NCBI GenBank assembly: GCA_024694365.1
Contig: JAILJX010000099.1
Coordinates: forward strand, 6,250 to 70,249
Direction: 5' to 3'
Length of the DNA stretch: 64,000 nt
Origin: Kiritimatiellia bacterium
GTDB taxonomy: Bacteria; Verrucomicrobiota; Kiritimatiellia; RFP12; UBA1067
Shown here one piece after another: positions 6,539-15,864 of this stretch. Made by a program: the position numbers and the translations under genes. Each line of letters begins with the position of its first letter. The first letter of the stretch is position 1. The notes under the pieces are model-generated. The model saw only the letters and a list, made by a program, of their open reading frames with translations. It had not been told where the DNA came from and made no database searches.

Positions 6539-9523
6539 TTATTGGGGGTAGCCACGACTGTCGCCCGGCATTTTCGCCCCCATTTTTCGCATCTGTTCCG
6601 AAGTCGCATTCCTCACCAATCCCTTTGCGTCCATTGCATCGCCTTTATGATGTGCGGCGCGGTATTTTTCAGCGCACGCCCACATCGCCGGGCCATTGTT
6701 CGTCTCAAGCGCCTGCAGGAATCCCTCCGGAGAGTGATCCCCCTTGCGCCAACTCGTTATCGTGCTTTCCGATTTCACTCCGAACAATTCCATCAGTGCG
6801 GCGTTTGTGAAGAAACTCCTACCTTTAGGAGGATTGTGGACCGCCTCGGCGATATGGCGCACCGCTTTGGGCGACAATTCCTCGACAACCATATGGATCG
6901 GGTTGTTCTCGGTCCCCAGGCGCATTGGCAATGCAGACGCCTCCCGACGCCCTTTGGCAATCAGGGATTCCTCGTATTTGATCTGCTCCTGCCGCTTTTT
7001 CCGCTCTTCCGCAGCCTGATTCAACGCCCTGATTGACGCGGACATCTTTCCGATGACGTCGCACAGGTACCTTTTCTTGTATTCGTCGTGGCGCTCTTCC
7101 TCCGTCCAAAGCTCATCAGGATCCTTTCGCCATTCTTTCGCCTCCTCCGGGAAATACTCTTCGGCCGTCGTTGTCAGAAACGCTATCAAATGCTCTTCCG
7201 CTCCGTCCCGGATTCGGAACCCTTTGACTATATATGCACGCTTTATCCGCAGATAGTCATAATACAGGTTTTTCCATTCAACATGAGGGTCTTCTTCTAT
7301 GTATTTCACTACCCTTGCGTCACCGCCGGCATCGGTCAGTTCCTTGTCGGTGACTTCCGGGAAAGGTTCGAAAAGGTTCAGTGCGTCGTCTGCGCTTTCG
7401 GGAGCCGTCAGCGCAGGTTCACACCCTTCGATGTCGGCATCCCCTTTTTCAGCGAAGAATGGACTTTGGCTTCGCGCCAGATTTATCCTCTCCTCATCCT
7501 TCTGAGCCTGCTCCCGGAAAGCTGGACTAGCGCTTCCGAGCTCCATATAATCGTCGTCCTCGTACTCCCACGTTATGTTTCCGGCATACAAAACGCGTAT
7601 GTCCTTGGTCCATTTTCCGTCGAAAATCGCTATTGCCGCATCGCGGCAGCAATCCCTGAGCCCGGACAAAAGTTCATGCCGCACACGTCTTTTCACCGGG
7701 CACCCATCGATCTTCTGCGTCAAAACCCTGTTCTCCGCAAGCCACCGTCTCGCAACCGCGATCGACCTTGAACGGACGCGTTCCGAAAGGAAGATCAAGT
7801 ACGTGTCAAGCGTATTGCGGAGATTGCTCCATGCCCCTTCACAGCGATCCGAATCGTCCTCATACAGTTCATAATCGTTTATCCCCGACAAAAAAGCCAT
7901 CACCCGTATGAACATCACCCCTCCGAGCATCCTCCACTCTTCAGCGCGCATCGAAGCCTTCGCAATCCTTGCAAGCATGTCCAGGCACCGGTAAAGTCTC
8001 GTCTCCGCCGCCGGGCACAGGAACACATTCCCGTCTTTCGTCAACTCTCGCAGTTCGGCATGTATATCTCCAAGGCTGTCGGGCTCCGAAGAGCACCGCG
8101 GCAACTCTTTTTCCGAGAGGTCGCAAAAGGTCTGAATCATCCGGCGCTCCAGCTCATTCAGCTTCGACGCCTCTTTAGGGTTCGCGTCGCCTTTCCACAT
8201 GGGTGTATAGCATGACGTCTCTGAAAAGTCCCTGTAAGCGCGCCAGGCGATCCACGACGGTTCAAATAGGGCGCATTTGACGTCTCTTACAAGCCAACGG
8301 AACAATCCATCCCAACATTCGTTGAAAAAAATGAGCGGATCGCGCAGCACGGCATATTCGGACTCCGTGCCGCCAACATACGCGAGCCTTTTGTAGTAGT
8401 CGCCCCTCATAACGTCAAACGAAGGTGCCAGTATGGAGCTTCCATCCCTCCAATCGAACTGCCGAAACGCCTCCTCCCGAATGGATCCGTGTCCGTCAAC
8501 TGAATCCCTTGCGTATATCTTCAGCGAGGATATGGCATCGTGGATTTTTCTTACGACACCCCCCATTTTCCGGCGATCGTCCTCATATGGCAGATCCATG
8601 TCAAGCGCTTCATCATGCTTGCCCATGCCCATCAATGCCCAAAACCTCTCGTATCTTGCGGCCAGAGATCCAATCTCAGACATGCGGGTCTCGTCAAAAC
8701 GTTCAAGATAGACATTTTTGCTCATGCTTCCACTCCTGGTATCGTTGATGAAATACAGCCACCCGAGGCGGTCGCAGCACCGCCCCTTTCGCGGCGCCCT
8801 CTCGCACCCGTAAGCGTCTTCAAACGCATATCGCCCCAGTTCGTTTCGCGTAACCTCTCCGTAATCGAGCTTGCCGCGGTCGACGACCAACGTTCGGCAA
8901 AGATAGTCCGTCAAATCCCGGAGCCTAGACTTGAACTCATCCAGACTGCGCTCTATGGCGCAACTGTCCATTTCTCCATCACCGAAAACGGATTCGGCTT
9001 CATGGTGCAGGGCGTTCACCGCTGCGCGGGCCGAGCCGATTTCCGCGGCGCCGCCACACTTAGCCTGCAGGACGTCAAACACATCCGTCCAAACCGAAAG
9101 AAGATCCTTCCACAGGCATTTGGCCGTCTCAATCTTGCCGTTTTCCGGCTCGCCCTTTACGCTGTAGCCGTGCAGCTCGCAAAGGAAATCTGCGGAATAC
9201 ACATAAAGGACATCAAAGATATCGATCGGGTCGAGCGCAAGGCGAGCAAGAAACGGGTAGCGGTCTCTCGGCCCCATTTCTCTGGCCACAAGCAAATCGC
9301 ATTTCGCCTCCACCTCCACGGAAGACATCTCCGCATCTGCACCTTTCTTCAGACCGACCAGCCGTTCGGCGTTGGCGCAATGCTTCCGTCTCAGGTCGGC
9401 CTTCTCCGAATCATCATAGACTGCGTGCTCCAGAGTGTACAACATCAGGATTTTGGCGAGACTGTACACCGCAGTCTCTATCTCGCCGATCATCTCGTCC
9501 GCTTCTGTCACAGCTTCCGGCAT
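6539..9523 (-). CDS. giant orphan protein 2 (about 994 aa) with conserved C-terminal HTH-like module
   Basis: Long clean ORF. The C-terminus ...NPPKGRSFFTNAALMELFGVKSESTITSWRKGDHSPEGFLQALETNNGPAMWACAEKYRAAHHKGDAM... is shared with the upstream giant protein. The start is uncertain: ATG 9649 would overlap the upstream gene by 68 nt, so ATG 9523 (MPEAVTEADEM) is preferred. No P-loop or catalytic motif seen. Confidence 0.7.
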   Translation of the reverse strand: MPEAVTEADEMIGEIETAVYSLAKILMLYTLEHAVYDDSEKADLRRKHCANAERLVGLKKGADAEMSSVEVEAKCDLLVAREMGPRDRYPFLARLALDPIDIFDVLYVYSADFLCELHGYSVKGEPENGKIETAKCLWKDLLSVWTDVFDVLQAKCGGAAEIGSARAAVNALHHEAESVFGDGEMDSCAIERSLDEFKSRLRDLTDYLCRTLVVDRGKLDYGEVTRNELGRYAFEDAYGCERAPRKGRCCDRLGWLYFINDTRSGSMSKNVYLERFDETRMSEIGSLAARYERFWALMGMGKHDEALDMDLPYEDDRRKMGGVVRKIHDAISSLKIYARDSVDGHGSIREEAFRQFDWRDGSSILAPSFDVMRGDYYKRLAYVGGTESEYAVLRDPLIFFNECWDGLFRWLVRDVKCALFEPSWIAWRAYRDFSETSCYTPMWKGDANPKEASKLNELERRMIQTFCDLSEKELPRCSSEPDSLGDIHAELRELTKDGNVFLCPAAETRLYRCLDMLARIAKASMRAEEWRMLGGVMFIRVMAFLSGINDYELYEDDSDRCEGAWSNLRNTLDTYLIFLSERVRSRSIAVARRWLAENRVLTQKIDGCPVKRRVRHELLSGLRDCCRDAAIAIFDGKWTKDIRVLYAGNITWEYEDDDYMELGSASPAFREQAQKDEERINLARSQSPFFAEKGDADIEGCEPALTAPESADDALNLFEPFPEVTDKELTDAGGDARVVKYIEEDPHVEWKNLYYDYLRIKRAYIVKGFRIRDGAEEHLIAFLTTTAEEYFPEEAKEWRKDPDELWTEEERHDEYKKRYLCDVIGKMSASIRALNQAAEERKKRQEQIKYEESLIAKGRREASALPMRLGTENNPIHMVVEELSPKAVRHIAEAVHNPPKGRSFFTNAALMELFGVKSESTITSWRKGDHSPEGFLQALETNNGPAMWACAEKYRAAHHKGDAMDAKGLVRNATSEQMRKMGAKMPGDSRGYPQ
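6656..6772. repeat. 117-bp tract identical to 9675-9791 (copy A)
   Basis: ggcgcggtatttttcagcgcacgcccacatcgccgggccattgttcgtctcaagcgcctgcaggaatccctccggagagtgatcccccttgcgccaactcgttatcgtgctttccga is read identically at both places, in direct orientation, 3019 bp apart. Confidence 0.9.
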
Positions 9524-9581
9524 TTTGGAATCCGCAGTCCCTGTCGCGCCAAAGGCATTGCTGGCAAAGCCCCACAATACG

Positions 9582-12500
9582 CTATCCGCGGCCCCCGCGC
9601 AGCATATAGATTTCTTCCTCGGATAGATTCCGCAAAACCCCGCTGACATTCATAGCGTCCCCTTTGTGATGTTTGGCGCGGTATTTTTCAGCGCACGCCC
9701 ACATCGCCGGGCCATTGTTCGTCTCAAGCGCCTGCAGGAATCCCTCCGGAGAGTGATCCCCCTTGCGCCAACTCGTTATCGTGCTTTCCGACGTCACGCC
9801 GAACAACGACATCAGAATTCTGCCGGTGAAAATGCTCCCGCCCTTCGGCGGATTGCGCAACGCAGCGGAAACCTCCTGCCGCCCGGTTTTCGACAGCCCG
9901 TCGAGAATCACATGCATCTTCCCGTCTCCGGAGAGCAAACCGGCGGCCGCCGCGACACCTTCTTTCCGCCCCCGCGCAAGCAGCTCCTCCTCCCGGCTTG
10001 CGGCGCCGGACGCACTTGAAGTTTCCTTTTGCGGATCGCCCCCCTTCCGTCCGCTGGCCGGTTTCGTCCGCTCCAGAACGAGCGCGCTTACGTCCAGCAA
10101 TTTTTCCTTGAAGGTGGAGAAGAGGCTCCTGTATTCGGTCAAATCGACCGCTTCGTCGCCGAGCAGAAGGCGCCGCTCGAACATGCCGGTCAGCCCCGAA
10201 AAAGTATCTTGCAGCCTCGCCACAAGCGCAGAATCGTCAACATAGTCAGGCAAGTCGTCGATGAAGCACTGCCACGCGCATATGCAGTCGACCTTGGCCT
10301 CCGATATCTTTTGGCGGTATTCTTCAGAAAGGCAACACTCTCCGGCCGCCTTGCGGCACCCGAAGAATTCCTCCGAAAATGGACGGAGCGCCTGCGACAT
10401 GAACAGGCTGCTCGGGATGACGAATTCATGCCGCTTTATTCCGCGCTCCTCCAGATGTGCGAATATGCGCTCCAGCTCCCCTTTTTGATGCGGGAATGCG
10501 TTCAATATCTCGCTCTTTCTGCCCTTCGGGATGGCTATCTTCGTCGGTTCCCGGCTGTACAGGCCCCTGTTTATGTCCCACATCAGGGCGCTATCCGCGC
10601 CCTTCAAGATTTCCAGCATGCATTCGCACAGCATCTTTCTGGTGGAAGCGCCCGCCTCATCCCTCTCCTTCTCGCGCATCCGCGTCTCGATCCACTCGGC
10701 CTTTGCGGCATTGTGGGCCAATTTGACGAACCTGTCCCGGTCTTCCGCAGAAAGAACAGGCCGGCCTTCGCCAACACTTCCATTCAGCATTGACATGGCT
10801 TCGTACCAAAGGCGGCTGGCCTCGCCGGCTTCCAGGCACCGTTTCCCCCTTCTGTCGCAATACCGGTTGAGCGCCTCCATGAACATCTGTCTCGCGCGAG
10901 CGACCCACCTGCTGACGATACGAAGCGTCTGACAGCCATCGGGGGAACCGTCCGTCGCATACGAGAAATGAACATCCAACGACAGGAAGCGTGCGACGTC
11001 AAGCTCGTATGTGAACGAGTCCTGTCCGGTTCCGTCGCTGAACGCCAAAGAGGAAACCGCAGCATCGTACTGCAGCCTGCCGGCGGTCTCGAGAAGGCTC
11101 CGGACAACGGAAGGCTCCAGCGGCAAGCCGTCCCGGTCGTTTCTCGCGTACCACGCGTTCCTGGCCGCCATCCTCCTCTTCCTGCATTCCGGCGGCTCAC
11201 CCTCGCCGTCATCTGGCATGCCATCGACAATTCTCTGCTCCAGCTTCTCAAGGCGGTATCCAACATCGTACCAGGCGGTCTCGAATTTTTCAAACACATG
11301 TTCCAGCATACCTTTCTTCCCCAAGGGGGCAAAGTCCCCTTCTCCGCGCGGCAGCATGGCAATCGCCTTCTGGAACAAATCCCGCGCTTCATCGACACAG
11401 TACCCCTCCACCAGACTTTCGAGCTTCGAAAACATCATCTCCGCCACCGCGGCTATCTCGTGCATGCGACCGGAGGAGATTTCGCTTATCGATTCGACTC
11501 TGGAAAGAAATCTCTTCAGGTGGAGCAGCACAGCTCCCCGCCCCAGCATTCTGGCCGAGGGAAGGGCCGCCATTCCGTCGCGGCCGATCGCTGCAACGCG
11601 TCCGCCGTAAAAGGGTTCCGCCCGGTGCAATGTCTTTGCAAAGTCCACAATGGACAGCAGCAATGCATCCGCGCTAGGAGACACGGGCAAATCAGGCGAC
11701 TCCATGTCGGCAATGACCTTGATCCGGTTGCGGGCCTGCTCCTCATAGCGCTTGGCGTCAGTTTCCTCCCTGGTCAGCGGCTGCTGGTCCGGCCGCAGAC
11801 CCTGTGACATGGCATTTTTCACGGCAATCTGCATCTTGGAGACTCCCGCGTACAGCGACTCGGCGAACGACAGCGTGTCGCCCGAGCAATGGTAGAACGA
11901 TTGCGCGCTCCCGCAGGAATTCCACTTGCGCTCGATATCGTTCCACTCGTCCACCAGCGCCCGATCCTCCAACCTAGCGGCGAGATCCCCTCCGGCACGG
12001 ACGAGCGAATCGACATAAAACTCGACATTGTCCATCGAATCCCACCATCGGGATTGCCTGGACGAGAAATGCACCTCCTGCTTCGATCCGTCAGGAAGGA
12101 GATAGAAGTAGCCGGGCTCGTCCGGGGCGTCTTCGTGATGGCTGGCCCAATCGAAACAGAAGAGTGTATATCGCGGGAGCTTCAGCGCTTCGGCAAGAAC
12201 CGGAGCCCAATTGTCCATCCTGAAACTCACCCTACCATCGCCCATATCGTCCAGCGCCTTGCTCAATATTTCCATCAGCACCTTCGTAGGCTCCATCTCG
12301 GAATATTCCACCGCGGAGAAGGTTTCGTCCGCCAATTTCCGCAGATTTGAAGCCTTCTTCTCCTCGTAATCCCTGACAACACCATTGAGTTTGGAGAAGA
12401 GATCGTCATACCCCGCCGGGACGACCGCGTAGAGCAGATTCAGCAGTTCCTCGCCTACGCAAACGTCTTTGTCGTTCAGGCACCAGGCCGGGATTTTCTC

Positions 12501-13094
12501 CAATGATTCCGCCCCCCACGCAATGTACTTTCCCGCCACGGGGTCTTCGTCTGGGAGCCCGTTTTCCCTCAGCCATTTCTTTCGCGATGCCGCAAGCCTG
12601 CCCTTCCAGTCCACCCCCTTCAGTTTGAACAGCTCCAGCGACACCTTCTGTTTCCGCGCCGCGTCCCCAGCATGGGAGAGCGCCTCCCCATAGCGGGCCG
12701 CGTTCTCCGCCGCGACGCCAGCGGCGTCCTCCGCCGTCGCTGCGCACTCCAGCGATTCCAGCGCACCCTTCGCCTGCAGCCACGATTCCGCGGCATCGTC
12801 GATATCCATCTCGACGGCGTTTCTGGCCTGCTCTTCGCAGTACCTGAGAAGCAGACACTTCACCTCCGCGTGGGCCGCCTTAAGATCCCCCTCCCGCGCG
12901 GCCGGATCGACAATAAAATCCCGGACGAGCCCGTTTTTCAAAAGCAGGCCGTCCGGAGCTGCAAGTTCAGCCCCCGCCGACCTGACAGCATTGCGCACGA
13001 GCATGCAAATCCGCCCGGCGTCGATGTCGCCCGTAGACGAATCCGCGCCCCCCGGATCGCGGGACGGCAGCACGAAGCTCTCCTTATCCGGCAT
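9582..13094 (-). CDS. giant orphan protein 1 (1170 aa) with conserved C-terminal HTH-like module
   Basis: Long clean ORF starting 21 nt after the PRiA4_ORF3 gene stop. The C-terminus ...NPPKGGSIFTGRILMSLFGVTSESTITSWRKGDHSPEGFLQALETNNGPAMWACAEKYRAKHHKGDAM... is shared with giant 2. The rest shows no family, Walker motif or nuclease motif recognisable by eye. Confidence 0.75.
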   Translation of the reverse strand: MPDKESFVLPSRDPGGADSSTGDIDAGRICMLVRNAVRSAGAELAAPDGLLLKNGLVRDFIVDPAAREGDLKAAHAEVKCLLLRYCEEQARNAVEMDIDDAAESWLQAKGALESLECAATAEDAAGVAAENAARYGEALSHAGDAARKQKVSLELFKLKGVDWKGRLAASRKKWLRENGLPDEDPVAGKYIAWGAESLEKIPAWCLNDKDVCVGEELLNLLYAVVPAGYDDLFSKLNGVVRDYEEKKASNLRKLADETFSAVEYSEMEPTKVLMEILSKALDDMGDGRVSFRMDNWAPVLAEALKLPRYTLFCFDWASHHEDAPDEPGYFYLLPDGSKQEVHFSSRQSRWWDSMDNVEFYVDSLVRAGGDLAARLEDRALVDEWNDIERKWNSCGSAQSFYHCSGDTLSFAESLYAGVSKMQIAVKNAMSQGLRPDQQPLTREETDAKRYEEQARNRIKVIADMESPDLPVSPSADALLLSIVDFAKTLHRAEPFYGGRVAAIGRDGMAALPSARMLGRGAVLLHLKRFLSRVESISEISSGRMHEIAAVAEMMFSKLESLVEGYCVDEARDLFQKAIAMLPRGEGDFAPLGKKGMLEHVFEKFETAWYDVGYRLEKLEQRIVDGMPDDGEGEPPECRKRRMAARNAWYARNDRDGLPLEPSVVRSLLETAGRLQYDAAVSSLAFSDGTGQDSFTYELDVARFLSLDVHFSYATDGSPDGCQTLRIVSRWVARARQMFMEALNRYCDRRGKRCLEAGEASRLWYEAMSMLNGSVGEGRPVLSAEDRDRFVKLAHNAAKAEWIETRMREKERDEAGASTRKMLCECMLEILKGADSALMWDINRGLYSREPTKIAIPKGRKSEILNAFPHQKGELERIFAHLEERGIKRHEFVIPSSLFMSQALRPFSEEFFGCRKAAGECCLSEEYRQKISEAKVDCICAWQCFIDDLPDYVDDSALVARLQDTFSGLTGMFERRLLLGDEAVDLTEYRSLFSTFKEKLLDVSALVLERTKPASGRKGGDPQKETSSASGAASREEELLARGRKEGVAAAAGLLSGDGKMHVILDGLSKTGRQEVSAALRNPPKGGSIFTGRILMSLFGVTSESTITSWRKGDHSPEGFLQALETNNGPAMWACAEKYRAKHHKGDAMNVSGVLRNLSEEEIYMLRGGRG
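9675..9791. repeat. 117-bp tract identical to 6656-6772 (copy B)
   Basis: Same string as copy A. It encodes the core of the shared C-terminal module in the same phase. Confidence 0.9.
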
Positions 13095-13115
13095 ATCCTC
13101 GCCCCCAGATCTACC

Positions 13116-13700
13116 TTACGGAATGGAGTTGAGGACGAAGTTCACGAGCCTGACGACCCTGACGGCCATCTCGGGCTCGCTCGGCGTGCGAAGGACGTTT
13201 TCCGGCGCAAGCCCGTGCGCTTCTGCAAGCCACTTGACGCACTCAGCTGCCCTCTTGCTGCGCCGCTTCTTCCCAAGAAGCTCAACTATGCCCTCGGTGA
13301 AGCCGAACGCCGCGGAGTCCTCTATCAGGTCCGGGCCCTTGACGTCGAACTCGACATCCTCCAGGTGTTCGACCCTTCCCTCGCACACGACGTCCACCTC
13401 GTTGTCGTCGCCAAGATCATAAGTGTAAATGCACCTGTCGCCTTTCTTCCCGAGAAGAGACTCTATCGGAGTCCTTGCGGCATACTTCACGCCCGGCATT
13501 GCGAAATCCCCGTCGGGGCCCTCCCTGGTGTACAGCTTCTCATCCCCTTCGAACATGTATTCGTGAATGTTGAGCCATCCGAATGCGGTCTGAATCGCAA
13601 AGTGCAGGAACGAGAGGGAGAGATTGCCCGGAACGGCGATCCGGCGAAAGAAGTCGCCGTGTTTGTACTTAAGGAGAAGTTTGACGATCGGTTTTTTCAT
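13116..13700 (-). CDS. plasmid pRiA4b ORF-3-like (PRiA4_ORF3) domain protein
   Basis: FFRRIAVPGNLSLSFLHFAIQTAFGWLNIHEYMFE matches the family signature (W/F-R-R-I-x-V-P..-L..LH..IQ.AFGW...H...F). ATG 13700 (MKKPIVKLLLKY) is preferred over the track start 13733. Confidence 0.8.
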   Translation of the reverse strand: MKKPIVKLLLKYKHGDFFRRIAVPGNLSLSFLHFAIQTAFGWLNIHEYMFEGDEKLYTREGPDGDFAMPGVKYAARTPIESLLGKKGDRCIYTYDLGDDNEVDVVCEGRVEHLEDVEFDVKGPDLIEDSAAFGFTEGIVELLGKKRRSKRAAECVKWLAEAHGLAPENVLRTPSEPEMAVRVVRLVNFVLNSIP

Positions 13701-13722
13701 GACGTTTGACTTTCTTGCCAGT

Positions 13723-13752
13723 ATTATACACAATACCGCTCGAGTTAGTCAA
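13723..13752 (-). promoter_or_regulatory. sigma70-like promoter with extended -10 for the PRiA4_ORF3/giant-gene operon
   Basis: Minus strand reads TTGACT (13752-13747), 18 nt, TATAAT preceded by TG (TGTATAAT = 13730-13723), 22 nt upstream of ATG 13700. The -35 overlaps the recombinase stop codon. Confidence 0.5.
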
Positions 13753-15337
13753 CTGCACAAAACTGCCCCGAAGAAATAGATATATTACATTTGAGGCCAA
13801 GCAGTTTCTCCTGCCCCGTCCAATCGGATGCGGCAAGGCGCATCAGCCTGTTGACGGTCAATCCGGCGGGCGCCCTCCCGGACATGACCGCCTTTATTAT
13901 CCTGGGCGAAACGCACGCCATCGAGAGAAGCCGTCCAAAGTACGTCCTCTCTATGCGGTAGTGGCGAGCCATTTCGCTTACGGACTTGAACCTCCCCGAA
14001 TCCAACATTCTCCAGAACGCCCGCGCCCGCGCATATGCAACCAAAATGGGATCCTTCGCATTGCCGGACACAAGCATGTTCTTCCCGCCGTTGCGTCTCA
14101 AGGAGGCAGGAACTGTCTTCACCTCGCCGCTCTGGAACACAATGTCTATCGAGTGCGGGTTGACTACCACCTCCCTGAAAAGCCTCCTGAAGAGCGTTTT
14201 CTTCTCCTCAGGCGGCATCGACGCCCAGAACACGTCCGGATCGGCCGCACGTGCCGCCTCTGTGCCCTTCACGCGCGACGCAAGGGGAAATGCCGCATCC
14301 TCCAGCAAAGCCTCGACGGGGCCCTCAGGAACGCGCCTCACGGGGCATGTCGACACGGCCCGCCTGCTGTCGGCGCGATCCATGTAGTAACCATACTTGG
14401 CTCCGGTCGTCTTCTTGCGCGTCCATGAATAGACCATGGCCGAGCCGCAAGTCCCGCAGCGGAGAAGTCCGTTCAGAATCGCTCCGGAGGGAGACTGCGC
14501 GGTTGCACGCGGACGGCTTTTCCTTTCGAGGGCCGCCCCGACGCGGTCACGAAGCTCATCGCCCACAATCGCCTCCTGTACGCCCTTGAGAGCCGTGCCT
14601 TCGCACATTATCAGGCCAGAGCTCGCGACATTTCTCAGCACATAGCCGACGCGCCTAGGATTCCACCCGCCTTCTACACCGGGACGCCAAGGAAGCCCCG
14701 CCCCGTTGAGCCTTGCGGCCACCGCCTTGCACGAGCCCGTTTCGGCGTAAAGCCTGAAGAGCTCGCGCACCGTCCCGGCGGTTCTTTGATCGGGGACAAG
14801 CCTCTTGTCGCACACAGCGTATCCAAACGGCGCTATGCCGCCCGTCCACATGCCCTTTCTGCGCATGGCCACAGTCTTGTCCCGCACGCGCTCGGATATC
14901 ATCTCCCGCTCGTACTGGGCGAATGTCATGAGCATGCCCATCATCGCCCGACCCCAGCCTGAAGGGCCGATGAAATCCTGGGTGACGGAGGCTAGCGAGA
15001 CACGGTGTTTTTCCAGAAGGGATAGAAACTCCGCAAAATCCGCCATGCTGCGAGATATGCGGTCTATCTTGTACACGGCGATCACGTCGACGAGCCCGGC
15101 CTCTATGTCAAGAAGGAGCCGTTTCATGGCAGGGCGGTCCATGTCGGTGCCGCTGAATCCTCCATCGTCGTAGCGCTCCGGCAAAAGCCTCCACCCCGCC
15201 TCGCGTCTCGCCTCGATGTAGCTCTTGCATGCGGCATACTGGGCGTCAATCGAGCTGAAGTCTTTCTCTAGCCCGATATCGAGCGATTTGCGGGTGTACA
15301 CGGCGCACCGGATTGTATTCGGCGCCCCCTCCGTCAC
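13745..15337 (-). CDS. large serine recombinase (resolvase/invertase N-terminal domain plus recombinase and zinc-ribbon region)
   Basis: IRCAVYTRKSLD...DRPAMKRLLLDIEAGLVDVIAVYKIDRISRS...TFAQYEREMISERVRDK...GG.APFGY, later CGTCGSAM. The GTG at 15337 overlaps the DUF2924 stop (GTGA), suggesting coupling. The track start 15448 would overlap by more than 100 nt. Confidence 0.9.
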   Translation of the reverse strand: MTEGAPNTIRCAVYTRKSLDIGLEKDFSSIDAQYAACKSYIEARREAGWRLLPERYDDGGFSGTDMDRPAMKRLLLDIEAGLVDVIAVYKIDRISRSMADFAEFLSLLEKHRVSLASVTQDFIGPSGWGRAMMGMLMTFAQYEREMISERVRDKTVAMRRKGMWTGGIAPFGYAVCDKRLVPDQRTAGTVRELFRLYAETGSCKAVAARLNGAGLPWRPGVEGGWNPRRVGYVLRNVASSGLIMCEGTALKGVQEAIVGDELRDRVGAALERKSRPRATAQSPSGAILNGLLRCGTCGSAMVYSWTRKKTTGAKYGYYMDRADSRRAVSTCPVRRVPEGPVEALLEDAAFPLASRVKGTEAARAADPDVFWASMPPEEKKTLFRRLFREVVVNPHSIDIVFQSGEVKTVPASLRRNGGKNMLVSGNAKDPILVAYARARAFWRMLDSGRFKSVSEMARHYRIERTYFGRLLSMACVSPRIIKAVMSGRAPAGLTVNRLMRLAASDWTGQEKLLGLKCNISISSGQFCAVD

Positions 15338-15741
15338 CGCGCACCTCCCGAAACGTTGAACCACCGCCGCCCGGAGTCGTGCATGCCTGTTATCGCCTTC
15401 ACGCACGCCGTAAGGGACGGATAAGTCTTTCCGCCCATCTCGAACCACCCCCGCCCGACGGCCTTTGCCTCGTAGACCTTTCCTTTGTACTTGCGCACAT
15501 AGGTGACGCCGCGGGCCGGTAGCCCTTTCCTGCGGACTAGCCGCGCCTCCCTCTTCAAGATAGGATCGCCTTCCGCAATACGGTCGAGAGTCGCCGCCTC
15601 TATCGCGTTTAGACCTCCGCTTAGCTCCTCCTGAATCCGCTGCGATATTCTCCTTCTGGCCAGGACGGGGCCGGGGAAAGGAGATTCTTTGCCGAACCGC
15701 TCCGCATATTCAGCCACAAGTTTTTCCATTGCCTGCTTCAT
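15334..15741 (-). CDS. DUF2924-like protein (usual partner of serine recombinases)
   Basis: LPARGVTYVRKYKGKVYEAKAVGRGWFEMGGKTYPSLTACVKAITGMHDSGRRWFNV fits the DUF2924 C-terminal pattern (...Y.SLS..A..ITG....G..FF). The start is uncertain (ATG 15741/15753/15729). The track start 15843 would run through the upstream terminator. Confidence 0.75.
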   Translation of the reverse strand: MKQAMEKLVAEYAERFGKESPFPGPVLARRRISQRIQEELSGGLNAIEAATLDRIAEGDPILKREARLVRRKGLPARGVTYVRKYKGKVYEAKAVGRGWFEMGGKTYPSLTACVKAITGMHDSGRRWFNVSGGAR

Positions 15742-15804
15742 TACGCCGTACATAATGCCATACTTTCTCAAAACACGCAAGCGCATAAGGCAGGATATTC
15801 CGGA

Positions 15805-15838
15805 CAAAAAAGACCGGAGATGCATCAATCTCCGGTCT
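15805..15838 (-). terminator. rho-independent terminator of the SIR2 operon
   Basis: Perfect 11-bp stem agaccggagat/atctccggtct (15811-15821 / 15828-15838) followed on the minus strand by T6 (plus-strand A run 15805-15810), 27 nt after the SIR2 stop. Confidence 0.75.
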
Positions 15839-15864
15839 CGCAAAACAAATGCATGCTGACATAG

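Noticed and set aside
6656-9791. Reading the 117-bp identical repeat as an IS/MITE or other mobile insertion
   Set aside because: Both copies lie in phase within the homologous C-terminal domain of two paralogs. The flanks remain alignable at the protein level, so this is a conserved or converted gene segment, not an inserted element.
8540-12350. Many 60-370-aa plus-strand ORFs opposite the giant genes (for example 8540..9646, 10029..10793, 10968..11807, 12672..13709)
   Set aside because: They are antisense to long, uninterrupted, compositionally normal minus-strand ORFs. Their translations are Arg/Pro/Leu-rich with no motifs.
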